NCBI RefSeq assembly: GCF_963921235.1 | Contig: NC_086118.1 | Coordinates: 29,514,001 to 29,578,000, forward strand | Direction of reading: 5' to 3' | Origin: Mobula hypostoma | Lineage: Eukaryota | DNA length: 64,000 nt | Part shown: piece by piece, positions 24,726-37,417 of the stretch | How positions within the stretch are numbered: position 1 is the first letter of the stretch | Layout: each line of letters opens with the position of its first letter | Translations under genes and position numbers: made by a program | The notes under the pieces: model-generated | Database searches by the model: none | What the model was told of the DNA's origin: nothing | Seen by the model: only the letters and a program-made list of their open reading frames with translations

Positions 24726-25052
24726 AACGATTAAAAGATTAGTTTCATTTTCAATGACCAAGGACTCTGCCACGGGGTCTGGGCAGACCGCAGAATGAGG
24801 TCGGCAATCATGCTTGTGAATAGGTATGTTCCAGTAACTTAATGCTTCATTGTGATTGTATTTAACTTCCTTCCTCTAGTTTCAGATTTGTGGAATCTTG
24901 ACCAAAACACAGCAACGCCATCACTCCTTGCTTACCATTGTCCTTGTTCCGGGAAAGAAGACTACTATTTAGATTGACGCTATGAGGGAGCAGCATTTAC
25001 TTAGTATTAATTTACTGTTGGTATAACCTTTCAGTTTTTGAGAGCTTTAGTT

Positions 25053-26083
25053 TATTATTTATTTATTGAGATACATCGCTGAATAGGCCCTTCTGGCCCT
25101 TCAAGCAGTGCTGCCCAGCAAGCCTCTGGTTTAACAGTAATGTCCTGGTTAAGATTTTTACTGCTATGCTGTTGATATTTAATTTTAGCAGTTCTGTAGG
25201 AGCATCCTGTTCTGCTTTCAGCATGTTTGAGCAAAGATATGGGATAAGACGAACATCCTAAGATGTTCATGCTTAGGAATGTAGTGTCATCCAATCAGGA
25301 TGATGGAACTGGGAGAAGGTTCTAGAGAACACTGGTCAGAGAGGTTTTAGTGATGGACACTGATGTGGGTCGAGGTCATTTTGACAGGAGCTGGGAGAAG
25401 ACAGGAGGGAAAATGGCTGAGGATGCCATCCCTTGGGACCAGTACTCATGAGGGGGAGCCCATTTGTTCGAGATGGATTTTAAGCAACGTTCAGAAGGCA
25501 GTGTGTGCTTTCACACAGACCATGGGTCCAGCACCTGAGTTAAAGTCAACTTCAAGATATTTTCCAACTTATGTGCACATTTAGACTGGATTAATGGGTG
25601 CTTTTTATTTATTTTTTTCTTTTCCTACTAACTGTTCGATAAAACTGAAATTTGCAAATATACTTTCTTTATAATTGTAAGCAGTGTACAATCTGTTATT
25701 TCTTGCTGACAAGTAGTTGGAAGTGGGCAGCATTTACACAGTATTCACTCAGATCAGGGTTCAGGTTAATAAGACATCCCAACCTCCCGGGTTTGGTGGG
25801 ATCCAAGTCATATCGATCCTAGACATACGGAGTCTGATAAAGGGGGCTTTCTCACCAATGAGACCGGCTGGCTGTCAGCGAGGGCTAATGAGCCGCATCT
25901 CTAGAGATGCTCAGTAAAAAGGGGCTTCCTAACCCCAGCCTAATCACAGGACAATTTACAATGACTAATTAACATACCAACCAGTATGTACTTGGGCTGT
26001 GGGAAGACACCAAAGCACCCAGAAGAAACCCATATGGTCACAGGGAGAACGTACAAAATTCCTTGCAGACAGAGCCTGGAATG
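25053..26083 (-). mobile_element. SINE inserted in the Gypsy 5' LTR, itself split by a 794-bp insert
   Basis: 25053-25135 plus 25930-26083 are collinear with the uninterrupted SINE at 28446-28692. Confidence 0.75.
25136..25929. mobile_element. Probable solo LTR
   Basis: 4-bp TSD TAAC (25132-35, 25930-33); ends AGTAAT...GGGGCTTCC resemble decayed TG...CA termini; non-coding. Confidence 0.55.
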
Positions 26084-28445
26084 GCCCTGTTGGCCTAGTG
26101 TTTATTGTTTTTTCCCTTTATTTCAGCACAATTCTTATTAAAATTCATTGAACTCTTCATCCACTTCAATGCCTCTCCCTCTGCTTTGGGCCATAACCGT
26201 ACAAGCCCATCAGCAAGATTCGACCAACTAAAAGGCACCCAGGGGAGAGAGTGCAGCTGATCTCTTCTTTGAGTTTCATTAGGCAGGTAGGAGAGAAGCT
26301 AAAGTCAGTCGAGGCTGGTCTGGCCAATGTGCTCAAGTAGCGTAACAATTACTCTCAGAGTGGCAAGCCACATCCAAACCAAAGTTTGTTGGTCAGATGA
26401 AGAAGTTGAAGTCAATGGAGTCCGGGTTGGCAGAAATAGCTCGCACAATACAACGATTGCTTTCAGAGCGACAAGCTGATTCTGAACGGGAACAGCAGGT
26501 GTCAGCCCGCGCAGTAATGGTTCTGCAGCTCGCCACCGACAGCTGGAATCAGGTGGCAGCCATTATCACTCTCGCTGCCACAAATCAACAGCAGCAGTCA
26601 GGTGAGACAGTCCTGCTCCAGCATCTCCCACATCTTCCCCTGTAACAGTCTCATCAGCCTCAATCTCTAATACCCCGATTATCTCAGCAGTTTGCAGATC
26701 AGAACTGAGTATTCCTCCAACAAGCAGGTACCCCGGCGACCCCGATAGCTGCAGGAACTTTATTACCCAGTGTGAGCTGACTGTCCAAGCCCAGTCAGGT
26801 TGGTTTGGTGACGATGTGTGAACTGGCTTACATAGTGAACCTCATGGGTGGATCCCCACTCTGTTCAACACTTTATAAGAGCAAAGTTCCCCTGCAGTTC
26901 AGTCCTTCCAACAATTCATGGTTGAGTCCAAGGGAGTATTTGATCTTTCAGGAGGCAACCCACCAACTCTCAGACTTGCACCAAGAGAGGGGGACGGTGA
27001 GGGATTACACAGTAAAGTTCCGCATATTTGCTGTTGAGACGGGGTGGAACGAGAGATCCCTCATCACCGCTTCCCAAAGTGGGCTGAGCGCAGGGACTTG
27101 GCATGTGATTGCAGTGCGTGAAGAACAGGACAGCCTAGATGACCTGATCAATCTGACCATTTGAATTGACAACCAGGCGACTGAGTGGCACACAGAAAGA
27201 ATGCCCCGAGCTTCGCATTCCTAAGATCACTGTGTGCCTTCAACCTCTTCCTCATCACCCAGTATCCAGGGGAGCCTATGCAGGTGGGGTACATGCACCT
27301 ATTTCAGAAGGAACAAGATCGGAACAGGAGAACTCTACCGTGATGACCCAGGCCACCTACAGGCCTTGCGTCCCACATGTTCAGGAAAAGAGAATACCTG
27401 TCAGCAGAGAGAGAAATTCTGATAGGTCAATTCTCCTTGCATGCACATAAGGGTACCAGCTTTTTTGTCATGGGATCCCAAACCCATGAGTTTCAGCATT
27501 TATTGACTCCGGAGCAGCCGGGAACCTCATGGACATCTCACTAGCTCAAAGATGGGAGGTTCCAACTCAGCATTTGAGAGAGATATTGATATCAAGGCTC
27601 CGTTTGGTCAGCCTCCGGGCACCGGCAAGATCCAGCTTTCCACTGAACCCCTCCAACTTGTGCTAGAAGGCAACCATAGGGGACAGCTTTCCTTCTATCT
27701 CGTTGATTCATCTGAACCGCCACTGGTGCTTGGCCTTCCCCGGCTCTCTCAATACAACCCATGGACTGATTGGTCCGAAGAGATGCTCCAAGGGTGGGGT
27801 CTGGCAGATCTGTCTGCCCGTTTGGGTCTAGCTCAGGCCCTTGTCAGCGTATTCCCTCCTGTGTCAACTGCTTTTGTGGACCTGTCTGGTGTTCCAGCTG
27901 AATATGCTGGCCTTCTTGAGGTCTTCAATAAGAAAAGCTGCCACCCTCCCTGGCCATACGACTGCACCATTGACCTCTTACCCAATAACAGTCCTCCTGG
28001 GGCCAGCTCTTTTCCCACTCTCAACCTGAAACGGTGGCCATGGAACAGTACATCAAGGAGGCATTACTCTTAGGGTTTATCCATCTGTCAACCTCGCCAG
28101 CAGGGAAGGACTTCTTTTTTTGAGAGCAAGAAGGATGGCATTCTCCGTCCCTCCATTGATCATCAGCCCTTCAACAATATCACGGTGAATAGCTGCCACC
28201 ACCACCCACCACCACCACCTTCTACTGCTTGCCTCTGCATTTGAACATCTCCAAGGAGCAACCATATTCTCCAAGACAGATCTGCACAATGCTTACAGCC
28301 TGCTTTGTATCCGAGAAGGGGAAGAAAGGAAGACAGCATTCATCACTTCCACTGGCCACTATGAGTACCTTTGTGATGCCTTTTAGTCCAGCCAATGTCC
28401 CTGCTGCTTTTCAGGCCCTGGTCAACAATATGCTGGGGGACATGT

Positions 28446-28692
28446 TTTTTTAACGATACAGTACAGAATAGGTCCTCCCGCCCCAGCAGCCCCCATTTAA
28501 CCCTAACCTAATCAGGGGACAATTTACTGTTTGCGAGTTAACCAACCCAGTACTTCTTTGGCCTGTGAGAGGAAACCACAGGACCTGGGGAAAGCCCACG
28601 CTTTCCACTGAGACTCCTTACAGAATGGCGCCAGAATTGAACTCTGAACTCCAGAACAGATAGTGTTGTGATAACCGCTACACTACTGTGGA
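28446..28692 (-). mobile_element. tRNA-derived SINE interrupting the Gypsy RT
   Basis: RT reading GDM resumes as MLNQFVF after the insert; ATGTT duplicated; oligo-T at the left end. Confidence 0.8.
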
Positions 28693-29115
28693 TGTTGAAT
28701 CAGTTTGTTTTCCCTTGAACTCACCTTGCCGTCTTTCACTGCTTCACTGTTTGCGGTGATCATTTAACCCAATTTACCTCTGGAAAGGTATTTTTAGTCA
28801 TGTTTTTAGTTGGATTCCTTAGCTTTTAGATGACCAGGAAACTGTCGCACACGTTTGGTAGTCGGGAAAGAAGACCTCCATTTCGATTGACACTGTAAAG
28901 AAGTGGCATTCGTTTAATATTAAGTTACTGCTTCTGAGCAGCAGTGTTCATGTTAGCTATCAGTCTGAGATTTTTAGTTAACAGCCCTGTTGGCCTAGCA
29001 CTTATTGTTTTTTTTCCTTTATTCTGGTACAGTTCTCATTAAAATTCAGTGAACTGTTCATCCGCTTCAACGACTTTCCCTCTGCCCTTGGGCCATAACC
29101 GCACATGCCTGTCAC

Positions 29116-29410
29116 TTTTGTCACATCATGACGTCAAAATCTACAGTGAAATGCATTGTTTGCGTCAAACCAAATCACCAAGGACTGTGCTGGGGACAAC
29201 CACATTTCTGGTACAAACATAGCATACTCACAATTTACTAACGCCAACAGTAACCACAAATCTTTGGAGGGTAGGAGGAAGCCTGGAGCTCCCAGACAAA
29301 TCCCATGTGTCAGTGTACGTACAAATTCTTTACAGATTGCAGAAGTAATTAAATCCTTATTGGTGATAGCTGGCGCCTTAAACCAATTGTGCTGACTGCT
29401 ATGCTTTACG
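29116..29410 (-). mobile_element. SINE whose extreme 3' end lies at 24735-24750 (host of the Gypsy)
   Basis: aagattagtttcattt (24736-50) plus tttgtcacat...acagtgaaatgc rebuilds the tail family seen at 7246-7290 and 10050-10110. Confidence 0.6.
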
Positions 29411-29443
29411 TGGTTGATGTTTGGCACAGAGTGAATGGACAGA

Positions 29444-30458
29444 AGACACACACAAAACACTGGTGGAACTCAGCAGGTCAGGCAGCATCTATGGAAATGA
29501 ATATACAGCTGACATTTCAGGCTGAGACTCTTCTTCAGGACTGGAAAGGAAGGGGGAAAAAGATAGAATATGAAGGGAGGGGCGAGGAGGAGGACGTGCT
29601 CAAAGGAGACAGGTGTAGCCTAATGGGTGGGGGAGGGTGATGAAGTAAGAAGCTAGGAGGTAATAAATGGAAAAGGCAAAGGACTGGAGAAGAAGGAATT
29701 TGATAGGAGAGGAGAATGGATCATGGGAGAAAGGGAAGGAGGAGGGGCACCAGGGGGAGTTGATAGGCGAAGAAAAGAGGTAAGAGGCCAAAGTGGAGAA
29801 ATGAAGAAGAGGAAAGGAGGAGAGGAAAAAATTAGCAGAAGTTGGAGAAATAGCTGTTCATACCATCAGGTTGGAAGCTACCTGGACAGAAAATGAAGTG
29901 TTGCTCCTCCAGCCTGAGAGTGGTCTGATCATGGCAGAAGATGAGGCCATGGACCAACATGTTGGAATGGGAATGGAGATATGAATTGAAATGGTTGACC
30001 ACTGAGAAGTTCTTTTTTTTTGTGGATGGAGCTGAGGTGCTTGACAAAGTGGTCCCCCAGTCTATGTCAGGTCTCACCATTGTAGAGGAGGCTGCAGCAG
30101 GAGCACCAGATACAGTAGATGACACCAACAGAATCGCGTGCATATTAGTTCTTCATCTGGATGGCTGTCAGCTTCCTTCTTCTCCAGCTGTTTGCCTTTT
30201 TCACTCATCACCTCCCAGTTTCTTACTTCATCCCCTCCCCCACCCACCTGGCTACACCTAGCACCTTTAAGCTCGTCCTCCTCCCATCGTCTTAATCTGG
30301 CTTCTTCCCCCTTCCTTTCTAGTTCTAATGAAGGATCTCAGCTGAAAATATTGACTGTCTATTCCTCTCAATAGATACTGTCGGACCTGCTGAGTTCCAC
30401 CAGCATTTTGTGTGTATTGTTGTGGAATTCGAGCATCCATGGGATCTCTTGTGTTTAC
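29444..30458 (-). mobile_element. Penelope-like element: GIY-YIG remnant plus pLTR, with an inverted pLTR
   Basis: LLYNGET.HRLGDHF / VVNHFNS..HSHSNM..HGL..RLEEQHFIF...QPDGMN; decayed hammerheads ~29507-29543 (-) and ~30321-30357 (+); near-TSD AATGGACAGA / AATGCACAGA. Confidence 0.85.
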
Positions 30459-33400
30459 AATGCACAGAGGAGTTGATTTCTGAGTGGTATGGACCTGTGT
30501 GATTCTATGCCTTACAATAATCTGCAGAAATAGTATTTGACTACAAAGAAAACAGTAGATTAGAAGGATATGATAAAAGAGTAAAGGGTTGGGTTGTATT
30601 CACTTCTGGCCTCAGAGCAGCTGATGTCTCCTTATAGGTCAGCTTCTCTCAGGCTTCCATTCCTACCTGTCCAAGGCAAGTGGGTGGTCAGATATAGCAC
30701 TTTGAACTTCCAGTTCCACAGAAGGACACACCATTGACCCCATTTGTAGAAAACTGACCTTCTGAGGTGAAGGGCTGGATGTCCTATGCAACTGAATCCT
30801 TGGCTTTTAGCCAACTGAATATCTTGAGTAAAAAGATAAGTGCATAAAGTTGTCTGTTCATTTTTCTTTAATCGAATTTTATTGTTAATATGGTTAGTTA
30901 ATTATAAACTCTTTAAGTAACTTCATTATCTATTTTCGTAAGCCTATTTTAATTATGAAGAAAGATGTTCTACCTGAACATGGTGTATTCCTCATCAACA
31001 GAGAAGCCTCTCATTTAGATTTCCTGAGGTACTGAATTAATAGCAGAGTCCAAGCTGTCTATGGGTTTCCATAACAACCACATGAAATGCTGATATATGA
31101 AGCATCTGTTGGCTTTTCCCTGCTTCGGCATGAAATTAGCTTAATCATTGCTATATCCAGTCACTTCTCTTTTGAATGTCATTGAATGAACAAAACAAGG
31201 AAAAAATTATTAACACACACAGAGCATCAAGCAGACATGATGGTTTGGAGACTGCAGTTTTGGAATAATTTACATTGACAGTGCACTGAAAATTTTATCA
31301 TCCAATTTAAATGTTTGAAATATTGCAATATTTTATCGCCACTGTATACGACATTGTTGTTTCACAGCTAGTGAGGTATAGATCTGATTGAGATTCAAAA
31401 TATGTGCAAAGGATTTATAATTAATTTTAAAAAGACTTGATTTAACAAATCAGCTTGTGTTGTCTTTGAAGTGTAAGAATTATACTTCAATTATATCTCC
31501 AGCATGTAGTTGATCTATCACTTGACCTAGCTCTTGAATTATTAGATGCCTGTCATGGAGGGCTAGCATAATAATCGCCCAGTTCCTCCACAGATTGAGG
31601 AAACTGCAATCTACAGTCACCACCCAATGGAGATTTCTTTGTAACTTTCTAAAAAGATATGTTGGCTGTTAATTAATAGAATGCCATAAACTAGAAAAAA
31701 GAACAACAGCATTGTTTGTTCCTTTTCTCAAAATTACTGTGAAAAATATTCTGAGACAAACCCAATGATTGCCTTGAATTTAATTCTCACCTATTGTCGT
31801 GAAACTGAGGTAGTAGGGCTTACTGTCAGGTACATTAGGCAACTTCAGGTCATACTTGCTGCTGTCATGAATAGCTCTGGATGCCATATTGATGATGTCA
31901 GTCTGTCTGCAACTAACTTCCAATAAATGTCATAAAAATATATGCATTGCTAAATGCCATTCCAGTGATGTCATTTTAGAGGGCAACAGTCTACGTGCAT
32001 CTTTTTAAGTCACTCTACCTAACTATTAAGAAAGGCTTCCAGCAGTATTTGTTTAAAGAGGGAAGAGGAGGGGAGAAAAGTGCTTAAGTGGAGGCTTTGC
32101 AGTGTCTAGGGATTATATTCAATAAGAAACAATATCTGAAATCTTTCCCTTTCCTTCTGCTCTCCCCTATCCTTCTGCTGTCCCAGTTTGGAAATGGTGA
32201 CCTATCTCCCCCTATGGAGATCTACCTGCTCTATTTTGCCTCATAGCTTGGCTGTTGGCCTCATTTGCAGGTGACTCAGAAACCTCTGTGGCTGTGGTTT
32301 TACAAGCAGTGTATAGTGCATTCATCTGAAGTTTGATGACTCTGAGTCTAACACCAGGTGTTAATGTGTTTTTACTGCCAGCTGAGGCTACACTTCCTAA
32401 ATATTTCATGGAGGAAGGTACAGGATTAAGGTTCGGGTAAGGAGAGGGAGGTTTCAAGAGGTGGGCTCTTACAGTACATCAGCAAATAATCTGCGAGTAA
32501 CTCAGGAGGTTGATCATCATCTACGGAAGGAAAGGAATTGTCGAGATTTGGGATCGAAACTCAGGTCTGTGCACCACAACCCTTCAGCTGTGCAGATATG
32601 AGATGAGAGGAAGTCCATTAGATCAATGGATAATGTTAGTATTGAATGGCTGCGGATTAGTCCAGTCAAGAATGGCGCCAGGCTGCGATAGCTATCAATG
32701 TTATGGCTCACACTTAATTGTTCTTTGAGGTTTGTAGGGCTAGTTTAGGGAACAGAGTGGGGAGTTATATTTAGAGACATGGATAAGATGGAGTTAGAGG
32801 TCAGGAGTAGTAAATGAAGAGTTTGGGCAGGAGTTCAAGTCCAGAACATCACCAATCCTGGATGTTTGTTCAGCAGGTGCTGAGGAGACCAGTGGTTCCC
32901 AGGTCAGCAAGTCCAGTCCAGAGTCAGAAGTCCATATGCACAGCAAGTTTCAGGTATGGGCGGATGTCACAAAGGCTAGTAACCCCCACCGCTCAACCTC
33001 AGATCTGGGTGCATCCTGAGTCAAGACCGGCAGATCAACATCCTTGGATCGAACATCCAGACATCAGCAAAGTCCGGAATGCAAAGCCAAAAGTCGAAGA
33101 CCAGAGCACAGTGAGCCCAGGTGTAGAAACCTGAGGCTGGAGACCAAAGGTCTGAAGGAGTCATGAGGCCTGGGTCACCAGTGTCAATGATCCATGCAAG
33201 TCCAGAAGTTGAGGCCCAAAGGTCAAATCCATAATTGGCGAGTTCTGAGGTAATATCTGACATTGAAGGCCTGATGTCTGCAAGTTTGAGATTCTAGGAC
33301 CAAAGACAGGAGGCCTGGAGGTGGCCTGTCTTGGGATTAGAGGCCTGTCTGTGTGTTTGAGTGAGTGGCTGGGTGGAAAGGATGGGAAATGGGCTTGTTT

Positions 33401-33687
33401 TACTGGTGTTGTCTTGTTTTATTTTGTTGTTGCTGTTTGCGTTGTTCTGCTGAACATTGTAGGTATGCTACGTTGGCATCGGAATAGGTGGCCACAATTG
33501 CAGGCTGCCCCCAGCACAATTTGGTTGGTTGTTAACATAAATGACACATTTAACTCTATGCTTCAATGTATATGTGGTAAAGAAATCACATATGTTTCAA
33601 TAATGACCATGACTATCTCAAGTTTAGGAACACAGGCATCTACATTTAGAGGTAACTCTTGCAGCCTAAGTAAAGTAGCAAAGTCAT

Positions 33688-34094
33688 AGAGTACTGTGTA
33701 GAGGTCACAGGCACCGCAGCTTTTTTATATGGTTTCAGATGGCCTCCAGAGCCCTGAGTTCTACATCATCAAGGCTGTCTGGGATTACCTGTAGAGACAG
33801 AAGCAAGGGAGACAGCCAACGTCTGCAGAAGAAGCTGTGACAAGTTCTCCAAGATGCTTGGAACAACCTAGCAGCCGATTTTCTTATAAAACTGCAGGAC
33901 AGTGTACTTAAGAGAATTGATGCAGTTTTAAAGGCAAAGGATAGTCATGCCAAATAGTGATTTGATTTTTTTTACTGTTTACTGCTCTTTATATTAATTT
34001 TTTGATATTTAGAAACCTTTCAATTCATTATTTTGAAAGCATCTTTGCTTTACCAAATTTTTTACATGTGACTAAGACTTTTACATAGTATTGT
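33688..34094 (+). mobile_element. Tc1 remnant with transposase C-terminus
   Basis: IIKAVWDYL...QVLQDAWNNL...LKRIDAVLKAKDSHAK*; right TIR gactaagacttttacatagtattg-TA of the 6578 family. Confidence 0.75.
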
Positions 34095-34099
34095 AGATC

Positions 34100-35000
34100 A
34101 TACTCCATGGCAACTGACCATTCTGTCCATCATACCCATGCTATCCAGCAGTATCCATCTGTATTCATTTTACCCTCTAGAACTTGGCCTGTAGCCTTCT
34201 ACGTCTATTCAAGAGCTTGTCAAGGCACTTCTTAAATGTTGTCATTTTCTCTGTTTCCACCATTCTCCCTGGCAATGCATTCTAGGTACTTACCCCTCTT
34301 TGGATGGAGAAGTTCCCCTTCAGTTCCCCTATAAATGTCTTCCATCTTACCGTATCTCTATGTCCTCTGGCATCAAAAAAGGTTCCTGTAGTCTACTCTA
34401 TCTATACCATTCATAATTTTATTTAGCTCAAACACGTCCCCATTTAGCCTTCCTTTCTGAGGAGTAAAGATTGAACCTCAGCAGCCTCTCTTCATATTTA
34501 AAAGGTTGCATCTTCGTATTTAAAAGGTTAATATCCTGGTGACTCTCGTCAGCACCCTCTCTGGCATTATCACATCTTTCATTTAACATGATGACCAGGC
34601 CTGTGCATACTACTTCAGTTGAGGTCTGAACAATGTCTTATAAAGTTCTTGCAATTGTATTCACTGCCCAGACTGATGAAGACCACCTTCCTATTTGCGT
34701 TTTTAACCACGTTACCGTGCTGCACTGCCACCTTTGGACTTGCTAACCAAGGTCCCTCCAGTCTTTAGTACACCCCAGGGTGTTACCGTTCATGGTGTAA
34801 GTTAGTCCTCCTAAAATGCATCACTCACGTTATCAAGATTACTTATCCCATTCCATCATCATGGTGATATATTTCTGCAAACTAAGACTATCCTCCATAC
34901 TATCAACATCTCCAGCAATCTTTATTTCATCTATGATCATACTGATTATTCCAGCCACCTCCACATTCAAAGTATCCGTGTCTAATACAAACATTGAATG
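34100..35000 (-). mobile_element. Very decayed CR1 fragment (continues ~35866-35990)
   Basis: Degenerate collinearity with the minus-strand CR1 at 51541-52835. Confidence 0.5.
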
Positions 35001-35002
35001 AG

Positions 35003-35865
35003 AGGGGTGAAGTTAAGATGGCGCTGAATGGCGACTCCTTTGCTTCCATCTTCGCAAATGGCTTTATTTCTATCGTTGATATCCCTTTTTTCCCTTTTCA
35101 GGGTATGTGGGGTTCTTTGTAAACGTTGACCTGGAGCTACACTCTGCCTTCGGTCCTTTGTGGGAATGGGACCTCACAGCTGGCCGCTTTTTGATATTCC
35201 AAGGATGGGGCCTGGAAGACGAGCGCGCCTTCAGGGTTCTGGGATTTCGTGGTGTGGCTTTGGGGACGTGCTGATTCTAGTCCTGTACCCCCTGGCCGAA
35301 GCATTGCGGCAGAACACGGAACATTGGGAGCAGCGGGTTAGCTGCCGGGGGTTGTGTGCCCGGAGACCTGCACGTTTTTGGTGCCGACTTTTAAGGTGCA
35401 GAGCTTGGAAAAAGTGACGCAACAGACTTTTAACGTCGTAAATCAGCGAGCTGATTGTTATGTCTCCCCTCTCGCTGTGAAATGGGGAAATTTCTTTTCC
35501 CCTTATTAGGGAGTGAGAGTGCCTGTGATATGTCAAATTATTGGGTGAATGAGGAGTTTTGGGGGTGCTGCAAGTCTGTGTTTTTATTGATGTTTTTACG
35601 CACACTTGACTGCCCAGTGGAGGGTGCCGATGCTTTTTTGCTGGTGGTGGGGGGGGGGGGAGTTTTGTTGCTTTGCTACTGCTTGTGTATGTGAGGGGGA
35701 GCTGGGGAAGGGGCTTTGGGGTCCCAACGTTTTAACTGGCATTCATTCTTTGGGGCATTCCTCTGTTTTTGTGGATGTCTGCAAAGAAAAAGAATTTTAG
35801 GATGTATATTGTACACGTTTCTCTGACATTAAATGCACCTATTGATCCTATTGAACCTACTGAAA
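35003..35865 (+). repeat. Non-autonomous retroelement-like repeat
   Basis: CpG-rich, starts AAGATGGCG, ends ATTAAA plus a tandem cctattga tail; interrupts the old CR1. Confidence 0.5.
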
Positions 35866-36767
35866 CAGCAAGAGTACCATTACTGATCACTGGGGAGCAG
35901 TGATAGTCACAGGCTTCAAGTCACAAATAACAGCCCTTTACCATCAGCCTCTGTCTCCCAATACTGAGCTAGCTTTGGATCCATTTGTGCACTGCCCTCT
36001 CCTGTGAGACAGAGAAAGAAGAACCCTTTAGTCTCTCAAAATTTGTTTCAGACATCTGCCACAGTTTAATAACTGCCAGCACTTGCATGTCGTAAGATGA
36101 GGGAGAGCTACATGCGATCCTATGTCTGAGGATAGAGTGAAGCGTATGATTGTTAGTTACGAGACCTGCTTGATATCAAATACTTTTAGATGAGTGACAG
36201 AACTCTAGTCCATGGAGCAATGGTCAAGACCATTTGGTAAGTTATAGCTTAAAAGAACCATTCATCACCTGACCACGTGTAAGGTTACTGAACACCTTGT
36301 GGCTTACAGTCAAAGGTAAACTTCTGGCATTATTTGTTATTTCTCTCATGCTATTTGTTCCTATTGATTTCTGAATGTGTCTCTAACAGCCATACTGGCA
36401 TGCCACCTATTTGATCTTCCCCCAGGTAAGCTGGTTACATTGGCTGCAACTGTAAGGTCATTCCTTCAGCACTTTGCAAAAAATTCCAGCTCTCTGGGTA
36501 GATGAATCTGTTAACCTCACACCATCCCAAGTGCTGAAACTCTTTGAGAAGGCTGAATTTTACTGGCTCTCCTCCATTATGTCCTGTTTAAGTTCAGAGA
36601 AAATAAGAAGTTGGACATTTGATGCATCCTTTAAACTTGAGCAAATCTGGTGACTTTTTATCCAATATTTTCATTTAATTTGATTTATTACTCTTTCAAT
36701 CTTTTTTTTCGAAGTTTTAGATTTGATTAGGAAGTCTTTTTTTCTTTCTTTTTTGGTCGTATCACTG

Positions 36768-37417
36768 AAGATGGCAGAAGACAAGATGGTGGCGGACACA
36801 GCGCGCGCGGGCACTCTGGTGAATGATATTTGTTATGTGTCAAGTAGGGTACCGTGCACAATTCTGATCTGATGGAGACAGACATGAGAGTAGGGAGGAA
36901 CATCTGGAGAAACTTCTGAAATGCCCGCTTCGCTGCAGCTGCCACTGTGTGGTAACGGGAATCTCCAGAGCAGAAAGGCCCTGAATCCTTGGCTTTGCTT
37001 GATTCGGCGGCCGGGGCGAGGCCGAAGGCGCTCAGCGGAGGATGGCGCTCGGGAGGCTGTATCGGAGGGGCTGGTCGGAGGCTCGAAGTTTTCGGATGGA
37101 CGGACTCAGTGTTGGCTGTGGTCGGGTGCTTCCAAGGCATCGGCAGTTGTCGGTGCCTGGAGGTTTATGGCAGGAAGTTTCTCCCTTTTGCCGCCTGCTA
37201 TTGGGGACTCGGGAGTCGATCGACTCAGGACTTTGAGACTTTTTTTTACCGTGCCCATGGTCTGTTCTTCATCAAATTATGGTATTGCTTTGCACTGCTG
37301 TAACTATATGTTATAATTATGTGGTTCTGTCAGTTAGTTTTTGGTTTGTTCTGTTTTTCTGTGATGTCGCTCTGGAGGAACATTGTATCATTTCTTAATG
37401 CATGTATGCATTTCTAA
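36768..37417 (+). repeat. GC/CpG-rich non-autonomous retroelement with a Rex1-like tail
   Basis: Abrupt GC-rich block in AT-rich DNA; 3' ctggaggaacattgtatcattt resembles Rex1/Babar tails. Confidence 0.5.

Larger units (their letters stand above)
24751..29115 (+). mobile_element. Sushi-like Ty3/Gypsy element, decayed, with deletion from RT to the 3' LTR
   Basis: LTR homology: 24950-25052 plus 26084-26210 match 28863-29115; gag RYPGDPDSCRNFITQCEL and [64 protein letters not shown]...PAAFQALVN. Confidence 0.9.

Noticed and set aside
26397..28453. Domesticated RTL1/PEG10-like gene
   Set aside because: Many stops and frameshifts, LTRs retained, SINE insertion in the RT
32212..32457. 81-aa minus-strand ORF as a host exon
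   Set aside because: No recognisable homology and no convincing splice-site pair
36768..37330. CpG-island promoter or coding exon (ORFs 36727-37316)
   Set aside because: Sharp boundaries and a LINE-like tail point to a repeat; the overlapping ORFs are a GC-content effect
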